Shown here piece by piece: positions 1 through 6,877 of a stretch of 32,540 bases of DNA (position 1 is its first letter; every line of letters begins with the position of its first letter). This stretch comes from an uncultured Bacilli bacterium. Lineage in GTDB: Bacteria; Bacillota_I; Bacilli_A; RF39; UBA660. The DNA is taken from positions 1 to 32,540 of the forward strand of contig CALVTA010000002.1 in NCBI GenBank assembly GCA_944359735.1, written 5' to 3'. Made by a program: the position numbers and the translations under genes. The notes under the pieces are model-generated. The model worked only from the letters and a program-made list of their open reading frames with translations. It did no database searches and was not told the origin of the DNA.

Positions 1-44
1 ACAGGATTTCCACCTGCTAAATTATACGACCTACCCAGTCGCAC
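1..44 (-). mobile_element. 5' terminus of a group II intron-like element that runs off the left edge
   Basis: From nt 44 down to nt 1 the minus strand reads GUGCGACUGGGUAGGUCGUAUAAUUUAGCAGGUGGAAAUCCUGU. It opens with the GUGYG 5' splice-site consensus, followed by a small stem-loop (GAC-UGGGUAG-GUC) as at the start of domain I. The tnpB-like reading frame degenerates exactly at this point, and the segment is locally much more GC-rich than its surroundings. Confidence 0.35.
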
Positions 45-73
45 CTAAATTTATATGCTTTGTATACCTCCAT
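45..73 (-). pseudogene. N-terminal stub (possible 5' exon) of an IS200/IS605-type TnpB/OrfB-like ORF
   Basis: The RBS AAAGGGAGG (complement of 81-89) lies 8 nt before the ATG at 73-71. The translation MEVYKAYKF(R) matches the conserved xAYKFR(I/L)YP N-terminus of TnpB/OrfB proteins. After codon 10 the frame reads CDWVGRII-stop, starting where GUGCG begins. Confidence 0.3.
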
Positions 74-175
74 AATATGAACCTCCCTTTAGTAACTTAA
101 GCCTACTATATAAAATATATGTTCGTCAATACATAAATTCGATTTTATCTAAAACAACGCACTTTCCTTATAGAC

Positions 176-206
176 AAAAAAATAGTATGTTATTTAACAC
201 ACTACT
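176..206 (-). terminator. Rho-independent terminator downstream of rubrerythrin
   Basis: The minus strand has an imperfect hairpin (AGTAGTGTGTT / AACATACT, 183-206) followed by a T7 run (176-182). A second perfect 9-bp hairpin, AAATCTATA/TATAGATTT, sits at 211-233 directly after the stop codon. Confidence 0.5.
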
Positions 207-233
207 TCTAAAATCTATAAAGAGTATAGATTT

Positions 234-776
234 TTACTCATAATTATTTGCTTTAACTTCCATGAAACTTCTTGGATGATTACATACTGGACAAACATCA
301 AGAGCATCTTTACCAACATAAACATGTCCACAATTACGACAAATCCAGATTTTATCTCCATCTTTGTGGAACACCCTATCATCTTTAACATTTTTAAGAA
401 GAGTTAAATATCTTTCTTCATGTTCTTTTTCAATTTTTGCTACACTTTCGAAAAGGTACGCAAGACGATCAAATCCTTCCTCCTTTGCAGTTTCTGCAAA
501 TTCTTTATACATATCTGTCCACTCATAATTTTCACCAGCAGCAGCATCTTCTAAATTAGTCATAGTATCAGGAATATCACCACCATGTAGCTCTTTAAAC
601 CATAACTTAGCATGTTCCTTTTCATTGTTAGCGGTCTCTTCAAAAATAGCGGCTATCTGTTCATAACCATCCTTTCTAGCTTTTGAAGCGTAATATGTAT
701 ATTTATTACGTGCTTGACTTTCTCCTGCAAAAGCAGTCATTAAATTTTGTTCAGTTTTTGATCCTTTTAATTCCAT
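234..776 (-). CDS. rbr: Rubrerythrin
   Basis: The N-terminus is an erythrin-type four-helix di-iron domain ([37 protein letters not shown]). The C-terminus is a rubredoxin-like CxxC...CxxC domain (CRNCGH...CPVCNHP). Confidence 0.93.
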   Translation of the reverse strand: MELKGSKTEQNLMTAFAGESQARNKYTYYASKARKDGYEQIAAIFEETANNEKEHAKLWFKELHGGDIPDTMTNLEDAAAGENYEWTDMYKEFAETAKEEGFDRLAYLFESVAKIEKEHEERYLTLLKNVKDDRVFHKDGDKIWICRNCGHVYVGKDALDVCPVCNHPRSFMEVKANNYE

Positions 777-922
777 TAATATTACCTTCTTTCTAATTAT
801 TATTTATATTAAAGAGATAACCTCTTAATATATCTACTATTTTAATTACCTTCAAAATACTCAAGTACCTTTATTTTAACACTTTTTTCATTTTCTTCAA
901 GAGTCAAAATAAAGAATCAACT

Positions 923-1300
923 TTAAATATCCTTCTTCTTACACTCTTTACAAATCCCTTCAAAAACTAAATTAAAACGTAAAACCTCGTTTGGACTAGT
1001 AAAAGATAACAACTTGGTAATTATAAAATCAGGCAAAAATATATCTTTAATTTTATGACATTTAATACAATAAATATGAAAATGCTCTCTATTATAATCA
1101 TAACAAATTCCTTTAGAACATTCAATTTTTTGAACAACACCATCTTTAACCAATTTATTAATAGTTCGATATACTGTCGCTTGTCCAATATTAGAATACT
1201 TTTTATGAACTATATCACACAACTCTTTTATAGTTGGATGAATATTACAATTCATTAAAATTTCCATAATTTGTTGTTTTTGTATTGTATTCCTTTCCAT
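923..1300 (-). CDS. Fur-family metalloregulator (Fur/PerR type)
   Basis: There is a winged-helix N-terminus (ATVYRTINKLVKDGVV), a His-rich metal site (REHFHIYC) and two CxxC pairs (CIKC, CKEC). The RBS AGGTGA is present, and the gene's own 5' region carries a perfect Fur-type operator. Confidence 0.85.
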   Translation of the reverse strand: MERNTIQKQQIMEILMNCNIHPTIKELCDIVHKKYSNIGQATVYRTINKLVKDGVVQKIECSKGICYDYNREHFHIYCIKCHKIKDIFLPDFIITKLLSFTSPNEVLRFNLVFEGICKECKKKDI

Positions 1301-1312
1301 ATTTTCACCTTA

Positions 1313-1329
1313 TTGATAATTATTATCAA
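1313..1329. promoter_or_regulatory. Perfect 7-1-7 Fur-family operator (TTGATAAT-T-ATTATCAA)
   Basis: This is an exact 8-1-8 palindrome containing TGATAATnATTATCA, the Bacillus-type 7-1-7 Fur box. It lies 13 nt upstream of the regulator's ATG, which implies autoregulation. Confidence 0.75.
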
Positions 1330-1378
1330 TAAAATTATATTAAACAAAAAAAACAAAGTCAAGAGAATTTAAAAAATA

Positions 1379-2221
1379 TTAACTGACTTTTTTATTTTTT
1401 ATTTTATACAGCCTTAGTACCTCTCTAGCATAATCTATTATTGGATTTAAAGATTTATTATTAATAATAAATTTATCTAAAATTACTCCAGGAAATACAA
1501 ATTTCCCATCTTTAATATATGGCTCTTCAACATCAGTAACTATTTTAAGTATTTGCAAATATTCACGTTTAGTAATAGTTTCAGTATATCCTAACATTTT
1601 TGCAATTTCCCTAAATCTATCTGATTCAATTTTTTCTAAATCAAATATTAAATTTTCTTGTTCTGAAACATAAAAAATATTATCAAAGTATTTTTTTCTC
1701 TCACTTTTTAATAAAAATAAACAGTACTCCTCATAAACATGATTTCTAAAATATTCAACTAATGGAGTTGCACTTGATAGAATCCCTTTTTCAAAATCTA
1801 CAATAAATATCTTATCACTATTTATAATAATATTTCTAGGAGCGAAATCTATCCAAAATATTTTGTTTTTTATAAAAAAATCGAGCAATCCATTAATAAT
1901 ATCTCTTCCTTCAAAATGTCTAGTTTCACTCCTAAGATAAAATTCTAAATTTTCCCCTTCGCAATATTCTAAATATAATATATTACTAGCACTATCCCAA
2001 TTAATTATTCTAGGGATTCCCAATATATATTTTTTACCACTTATAGTAATTATTTCATTACTTATTAATTTTGTAATATATTTAATATTATCAACTTCAT
2101 CAAAATTTGTTTTTTTACAAAAAATTAATGAGTTATTTCGATTTATTATCCATGTTTTCTTAGAGTCATAAGATACAATATATTCCCCATTATAACAGCT
2201 ATTTTTATTTATACTGATCAC
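1379..2221 (-). CDS. Atypical protein-kinase-like fold protein (RIO/Kdo/APH-like), function unknown
   Basis: It has a hinge-like LYLEYCEG, a catalytic-loop-like WIDFAPRNIII (D-x4-N) and a DFG-equivalent IVDFEKG. The only usable start is the GTG at 2221, two nt after the upstream TAG, which suggests translational coupling. Confidence 0.55.
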   Translation of the reverse strand: MISINKNSCYNGEYIVSYDSKKTWIINRNNSLIFCKKTNFDEVDNIKYITKLISNEIITISGKKYILGIPRIINWDSASNILYLEYCEGENLEFYLRSETRHFEGRDIINGLLDFFIKNKIFWIDFAPRNIIINSDKIFIVDFEKGILSSATPLVEYFRNHVYEEYCLFLLKSERKKYFDNIFYVSEQENLIFDLEKIESDRFREIAKMLGYTETITKREYLQILKIVTDVEEPYIKDGKFVFPGVILDKFIINNKSLNPIIDYAREVLRLYKIKNKKVS

Positions 2222-2223
2222 CC

Positions 2224-3168
2224 CTATAATTTATAAATTCTTGTAATTTCATCATGCTGTTTCCAATAAAGACATGTAAAATATTTAAAAAATAATAATT
2301 CCTCCTCTATCACTTTATCTAAACCATAAGATTCCAAAAATATTTTCTCACATTCTCTTATTTTCTCTTTATCTTTTAATATCCCAGAAAAAATAATTAT
2401 CATAAACATTGTCCAAAAAATATCATAATGTCTATTACAAAAACCAGCATCACCAAAATCAATCATTTTAATATTTTGATCACTATTTATAAATATATTA
2501 TTAGGATTAAAATCACCATGCACTAAAGTTAAATTATGATATAAAATCTCTTTATTTTTTATTAAATATTTTTTCATTTCATCTATATTATCATAACCCA
2601 TATATTCAACCATATATACCAAACAAACATCATTTTTCATAGCTTCATTAAAACTAACTTCATATTTCTTTTGAAACAATTCTCTTTCCAATTCACTAAA
2701 ATCCTGTTTAATTAAGTTTTCATCATGAAACTGCCGTAATTTTCTTCCAAAGAATGTAGCTATTTCTTGATACGAATTAAAATAATATCCTGCTGTCGGT
2801 AAATTAATTTTTTCGGTAACCATAATTTCATATTCACCAAGATTAAAATATTTAAGAGGTTTAGACGTATAATTTTTTCTATAAAAATATTTATAAGCAA
2901 TATATTCATAATATAAATTACCGCTCTTAGAAAATTTAATAACAAATTCATCTTCGTTATTTTTATCTTTTTTTACAATTAAAACAGAATTACCTGAATA
3001 TCCTGATTTATCATATAAATCTCTACCATTTATCAATGATCGTATGTAATTAAATACTTTTTCACCTTTCAAATTTTTTTCTGCTAATATTTTAAAAAAT
3101 TCTCCATTAACTATAATTTTTTCATTAATTGGTTCAACACCATCTAGATGACTTCCTGTTTTAATCAT
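2224..3168 (-). CDS. Aminoglycoside/choline-kinase-type phosphotransferase (APH family)
   Basis: The Brenner motif LVHGDFNPNNIF and the metal-binding MIDFGDAGFCNRHYDI are both present, with an N-lobe SGNSVLIVKK...FVIKFS. The RBS GGAGG lies 9 nt upstream. The start overlaps the upstream stop in ATGATTAA. Confidence 0.8.
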   Translation of the reverse strand: MIKTGSHLDGVEPINEKIIVNGEFFKILAEKNLKGEKVFNYIRSLINGRDLYDKSGYSGNSVLIVKKDKNNEDEFVIKFSKSGNLYYEYIAYKYFYRKNYTSKPLKYFNLGEYEIMVTEKINLPTAGYYFNSYQEIATFFGRKLRQFHDENLIKQDFSELERELFQKKYEVSFNEAMKNDVCLVYMVEYMGYDNIDEMKKYLIKNKEILYHNLTLVHGDFNPNNIFINSDQNIKMIDFGDAGFCNRHYDIFWTMFMIIIFSGILKDKEKIRECEKIFLESYGLDKVIEEELLFFKYFTCLYWKQHDEITRIYKL

Positions 3169-3859
3169 AATTTATATCCTCCAGAAAATAATCAAGAGTA
3201 CACAATTTGCCTTTATAGTTAATAACAGCTTTACTCAAAATTAAATATGAACCATAATAATGTATATTTTCATTATCACCTATAATATAACAATCATCAT
3301 TCATAACTACTATATCAGAATAATACGAAGCTTCTTCTATGTCTTTCCAATGTTTTTTATTTTTAAAATCACAATGTGGTTCAATATTAATAGTTGTTAT
3401 TCCCAAACCTTTATAAATAGATAATTGTGGAATATTATCTTCTTCATCTTTTGCCAATACAACATTTTCTGCCATATTAATAGCACCAGCTGACATACCT
3501 ACAATAATTTTTTCTTTATTTTTTATTTCCTTCTTTAATTTATATTTATTTATATAATCTATTTGTGAAAGAGTATCCCCACCTAATAAAAACACTATAT
3601 TAGAATCATGAATATTTTTAAGCATCTGTTTATTATTTATTCGTTCATCAATAACATAAACCTGATCAAAAATCAATCCTTTCTTATCAAAAAGATTTAT
3701 CAATTTATTAATAAAATTATCATTTGCAGCATATGTATCAAAAGTTGCAGCAACAAAAGAAACAATTATTTTATCTACACAATTTTTTCTAATAAACTCT
3801 ACTATTTCCTCATCCATCTCCATATTTTTAAAAGAGCCACTTATTAAAACATATTTCAT
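3161..3859 (-). CDS. S51-family serine hydrolase (peptidase E / cyanophycinase-like)
   Basis: Recognisable motifs are VFLLGGDT (GGN/D), the nucleophile elbow GMSAGAINM and a downstream IEPHCD His. I placed the start at MKYVLISG (ATG 3859), 2 nt after the upstream stop, rather than at the ORF-track start 3928, which would overlap the upstream gene by 68 nt. Confidence 0.7.
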   Translation of the reverse strand: MKYVLISGSFKNMEMDEEIVEFIRKNCVDKIIVSFVAATFDTYAANDNFINKLINLFDKKGLIFDQVYVIDERINNKQMLKNIHDSNIVFLLGGDTLSQIDYINKYKLKKEIKNKEKIIVGMSAGAINMAENVVLAKDEEDNIPQLSIYKGLGITTINIEPHCDFKNKKHWKDIEEASYYSDIVVMNDDCYIIGDNENIHYYGSYLILSKAVINYKGKLCTLDYFLEDINYD

Positions 3860-3860
3860 A

Positions 3861-5045
3861 TTATCTTTTTCTCCGTTTCTGTGGATAATCCAATCCGATT
3901 GGATTAGCAACTGACACAATATTTTCAAAATCTAAAAGCATCTGTAACCATCTATCAATACTTAAACCTAAACTAACAGTCGAAGGAAGCCCCCATTCAA
4001 AATAACTCAAAGGATTAATATTGTTTCCTAATAACTTTTGAGCTTCTAATACTTCATCTATATTCTTCATATTATTTTCATCACTATAATAATGCGAAAC
4101 AAAATGTCCATTTACATACCATCTTACTTCTTTCCTTAAACCGTCACATTCATCTTTTTTTATAAAAGGTGAATTACAAGGAAAATTTAATACAATCGTG
4201 TTCACAAATTCCTTTTTCAATTGTTCATATTCAGTTTTACTATCCACAATATCTTTATAATCAATTATCTTCAATTTTTTATCTGAAATAATAATTTTAT
4301 ATTTTTCTGCTAATTCTTTTGATAAGTTATCAATTTGTTTAACAAAATCTGTTAATTTATTTAAATCATTTGAAATAGAAACTAACTCAAGCATCAAAAA
4401 TTCATTAATATGTGAGCTATCTTCACCCATATTCCTAAATACTTTGTCAATAGCATAAGTTGAATGCAATGTAAGTGCTGTCATTTGTTTTAGTTGATTT
4501 TCTAATGTAATTCGCAAATATCTAGGTACATTATTTTTTCTATTTTCAATTACAGCTTCCCTAACATTACTCCCATTAGCATAGTATTCAACGGTATTTA
4601 TCAAACCTGTCGCTTCTAAATAACCTAATGAATTAAGTATTTCCCTTATTCTATTAATCAATTCTCTCTTATATTTCAAAATTTGAATTTGAAAGCCACC
4701 ATTTCTAGCATCTAAATATTCTCTTTGCCTATAATCAATAACAGTTTTATTTATTCCTTTTCCAGACTCAAAATTATTACATGATACAATTTCTAAAATT
4801 TTAGTAATTTTTTTTATATTTCTCCCCTTACTATTAAGTTCATACATATATAAAACATTAATCAAATCACCACATTTAATATTAGCTAATAAATTATTAT
4901 CTATCATAAACTGTGCGTTATTATATTCCTTAGTATAAGCATTAATAAATGAAACATTTTTATGTTTCCTAATTGAAAGTACCCTTATATACACTTTATT
5001 AGCCCCCTCACTACTAAAGTAATTTTTTAAACGAGTATATAACAT
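3861..5045 (-). CDS. Divergent class IIb aminoacyl-tRNA-synthetase paralog (LysRS/EpmA-like), 394 aa
   Basis: The N-terminus is OB-like (VYIRVLSIRKHKNVSFINAY), followed by QREYLDAR (compare RYLDL). A motif-1 region reads RIREILNSLGYLEATGL. YLRITLENQLKQ resembles the LysRS segment YLRIAPELYLKR. Motif 2 is VFRNMGEDSSHINEFLMLE and motif 3 is GLSIDRWLQMLL. No Shine-Dalgarno sequence precedes the ATG at 5045. Confidence 0.7.
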   Translation of the reverse strand: MLYTRLKNYFSSEGANKVYIRVLSIRKHKNVSFINAYTKEYNNAQFMIDNNLLANIKCGDLINVLYMYELNSKGRNIKKITKILEIVSCNNFESGKGINKTVIDYRQREYLDARNGGFQIQILKYKRELINRIREILNSLGYLEATGLINTVEYYANGSNVREAVIENRKNNVPRYLRITLENQLKQMTALTLHSTYAIDKVFRNMGEDSSHINEFLMLELVSISNDLNKLTDFVKQIDNLSKELAEKYKIIISDKKLKIIDYKDIVDSKTEYEQLKKEFVNTIVLNFPCNSPFIKKDECDGLRKEVRWYVNGHFVSHYYSDENNMKNIDEVLEAQKLLGNNINPLSYFEWGLPSTVSLGLSIDRWLQMLLDFENIVSVANPIGLDYPQKRRKR

Positions 5046-5060
5046 TATGCTGTAGAAAAA

Positions 5061-5077
5061 TGTCGAATTTTGTCGAA
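5061..5077 (+). promoter_or_regulatory. Two tandem perfect Spo0A boxes (TGTCGAA-TTT-TGTCGAA)
   Basis: Exact matches to the 0A-box consensus TGNCGAA sit at 5061-5067 and 5071-5077. They are direct repeats with a 10-bp period, which is the arrangement bound by a Spo0A dimer at abrB. They lie 16-32 nt upstream of the aaRS-like ATG. Confidence 0.6.
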
Positions 5078-5142
5078 TTAAAAATAAATATTTAACTTTT
5101 ATTAAATTTATTATTTACACACATAAAAAGAATTAAATATTT

Positions 5143-5301
5143 CTACTTAATTCCTACAAATTTCTTCCTCCATTCTTCTCTATCTTTATAATAATTATTT
5201 TTAAAATCAACATCACCATTAACTAAACTTAAATTAACTTTTCCATGTTTTAACATATATAAATATCTAATCTTCATTAGATAATCTTTTTCACTTTTCA
5301 T
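5143..5301 (-). CDS. Small hypothetical protein (52 aa), absent from the ORF track
   Basis: The RBS GGAGGC (complement of 5306-5311, overlapping the sigE stop) lies 4 nt before the ATG at 5301. The translation is MKSEKDYLMKIRYLYMLKHGKVNLSLVNGDVDFKNNYYKDREEWRKKFVGIK. I recognise no homology. Confidence 0.35.
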   Translation of the reverse strand: MKSEKDYLMKIRYLYMLKHGKVNLSLVNGDVDFKNNYYKDREEWRKKFVGIK

Positions 5302-5310
5302 TATTGCCTC

Positions 5311-6003
5311 CTATGAATACTTAACAATATTTTTTAATCTTCTTATAACTTTTTTTTCAATTCTTGATATATAAGATTGACTAATACCAAGTAAATCTGC
5401 AACCTCCTTTTGAGTCAACTCTTTATGTCCCATCAAACCATATCGCAAAATTATAATATCTCTATCACGAGGATTTAGTCTCATGACTTCATCAAGCATC
5501 AATTTTTTATCAGTTTCCTCCTCTATTCCTTTCGTTACAATATCACCATCAGTGCCCAAAATATCCTCAAGATGTAATTCATTACCTTCTGCATCAAAAC
5601 TCAAAGATGCATCAATGCTAACTTCCGTTTTTGACTTTTTAATCTTTCTTAAATACATCAAGATCTCATTATCAATACACCTTGAAGCATAAGTTGCAAG
5701 TTTTATATTTTTGTCTTTTTTAAAAGTATTTATACCCTTAATAAGACCAATCGTACCTATACTAACTAAATCTTCCAAATCAACCTTTGTATTCTCATAC
5801 TTTTTAGCAAGAAATACAACCAGCCTTAAATTATGTTCTATTAAAACATCTCTTGCATGTAAATCACCATCAAGAGCCATAACAAGATAAGCTTCCTCTT
5901 CCTCTTTTGATAAAGGCTCTGGTAAAATATCACTACTTCCTACATAAAATATTTCATAAGATTTATCAAGCAAAAACGCAACTAAATAAAGTAAACTAAT
6001 CAT
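5311..6003 (-). CDS. sigE: Sporulation sigma factor sigma-E (pro-sigma-E)
   Basis: The sequence is near-collinear with B. subtilis SigE: FYVGSSDILPEPLSKEEE, HNLRLVVFLAKKYENT, LVSIGTIGLIKGINTF, ATYASRCIDNEILMYLRK, GISQSYISRIEKK. There is a hydrophobic pro-sequence. The gene directly follows spoIIGA, with the RBS GAGGAGG lying inside the spoIIGA 3' end. Confidence 0.93.
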   Translation of the reverse strand: MISLLYLVAFLLDKSYEIFYVGSSDILPEPLSKEEEEAYLVMALDGDLHARDVLIEHNLRLVVFLAKKYENTKVDLEDLVSIGTIGLIKGINTFKKDKNIKLATYASRCIDNEILMYLRKIKKSKTEVSIDASLSFDAEGNELHLEDILGTDGDIVTKGIEEETDKKLMLDEVMRLNPRDRDIIILRYGLMGHKELTQKEVADLLGISQSYISRIEKKVIRRLKNIVKYS

Positions 6004-6789
6004 TTAAAGTTCCTCCTCTATAATATTAGGTAAAATACAACTAGCTCCTTTTATTTTTAATTCTTTAGGACTGACTCCAAGCAGATATTTATTATTAAGT
6101 AAATTCCCGTCTATCTTAATTTCCTCTATTTCCATACATCTAAGCAACCCTCTATTACTAACTGTCTTAAATGGTACTAATATTGCCTCTTCTAAATTAA
6201 TTTTCACTTCTTTAGGATCAATAATAATAATTGACCTTTTTTTATAAGGATCCTTAATATTATTACCAGTATCTAAAAATCCTAAAGTATTAACTATACC
6301 CTTCTTATATTTAATTGTAACTTTGTGCAACAATTCAATTTTCTTTTTCTCTTTCATCATCATTTTATGATATAAATAGAAAATAATAGGACTACTAATT
6401 ATAATTATAATTAAATTTAAGCTAGTACCATCATGAATAAAAATAAAACCTTTCTGCTTATAACTAAACTGATTATTAAAAAAATAAATAAGGCCACCCA
6501 AAATAATACTATTTCCATATAAACTTTTAATAAGAGTGAAAAATAATTGTCTTGATTTAACTTTAAAGCCTACCAAGATCATAACAACACTTATTAGAAA
6601 TTTAAAAAGAAATAAAGAAAAATTATTAAGAGGTAGAAACAAAAGAAATGTACTTAAACTTCCTAAAAATGCTGATATAATTAATTTTCGTTTTTTAGAA
6701 AAGACTTTACATTCTATACTAACTGTCATTAAAAGGAGTAAATCAAACATAAAATTAATAAAGAATATTAAATCTAAATACACTTTCAT
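6004..6789 (-). CDS. spoIIGA: Sigma-E processing aspartic peptidase SpoIIGA
   Basis: The N-terminus MKVYLDLIFFINFMFDLLLL matches B. subtilis MKIYLDVIWLLNF. The protein has five TM-like segments and the catalytic FLDTGN motif. I placed the start at ATG 6789 rather than the upstream GTG 6807. Confidence 0.9.
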   Translation of the reverse strand: MKVYLDLIFFINFMFDLLLLMTVSIECKVFSKKRKLIISAFLGSLSTFLLFLPLNNFSLFLFKFLISVVMILVGFKVKSRQLFFTLIKSLYGNSIILGGLIYFFNNQFSYKQKGFIFIHDGTSLNLIIIIISSPIIFYLYHKMMMKEKKKIELLHKVTIKYKKGIVNTLGFLDTGNNIKDPYKKRSIIIIDPKEVKINLEEAILVPFKTVSNRGLLRCMEIEEIKIDGNLLNNKYLLGVSPKELKIKGASCILPNIIEEEL

Positions 6790-6812
6790 TTCTACCACCA
6801 CTATCACTATAC

Positions 6813-6843
6813 AAAAAAAGAAACGAATTATTTGTCGTTTCTT
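6813..6843 (-). terminator. Rho-independent terminator after comEC
   Basis: The minus strand reads AAGAAACG-ACAAATAATT-CGTTTCTT followed by a T7 run. It is preceded by a second 9-bp hairpin, ATCTATTAA/TTAATAGAT, at 6848-6871. Confidence 0.6.
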
Positions 6844-6877
6844 AAAATCTATTAAAAAATCTTAATAGATATTAATA

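Noticed and set aside
777-922. A full Fur/PerR operator upstream of rubrerythrin.
   Set aside because: Only the AT-rich 10-nt core TAATTATTAT (794-803) is shared with the perfect box at 1313-1329. In DNA this AT-rich that similarity is not significant on its own, so I mention it only as a possible degenerate site.
1055-1258. 67-aa plus-strand ORF.
   Set aside because: It lies entirely antisense inside the Fur-family gene, has Ile/Asn/Phe-rich low-complexity composition and has no RBS.
2760-2951. 63-aa minus-strand ORF.
   Set aside because: It is an alternative frame inside the APH-type kinase gene, has AT-bias composition and shows no independent signals.
3608-3847. 79-aa plus-strand ORF.
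   Set aside because: It is antisense to the S51 hydrolase gene and has low-complexity Ile/Asn/Phe/Lys content.
5061-5079. The tandem TGTCGAATT repeat as a CRISPR-like or minisatellite repeat.
   Set aside because: There are only two 9-10-nt copies with no spacers, and each is an exact Spo0A-box match, so I treat the pair as an operator. No CRISPR array is present anywhere in the window.
5483-5692. 69-aa plus-strand ORF.
   Set aside because: It is antisense to sigE, whose identity is unambiguous.
6536-6865. 109-aa plus-strand ORF.
   Set aside because: It is antisense to spoIIGA and the comEC terminator, and its Lys/Asn/Ile-rich composition is typical of spurious frames in AT-rich DNA.
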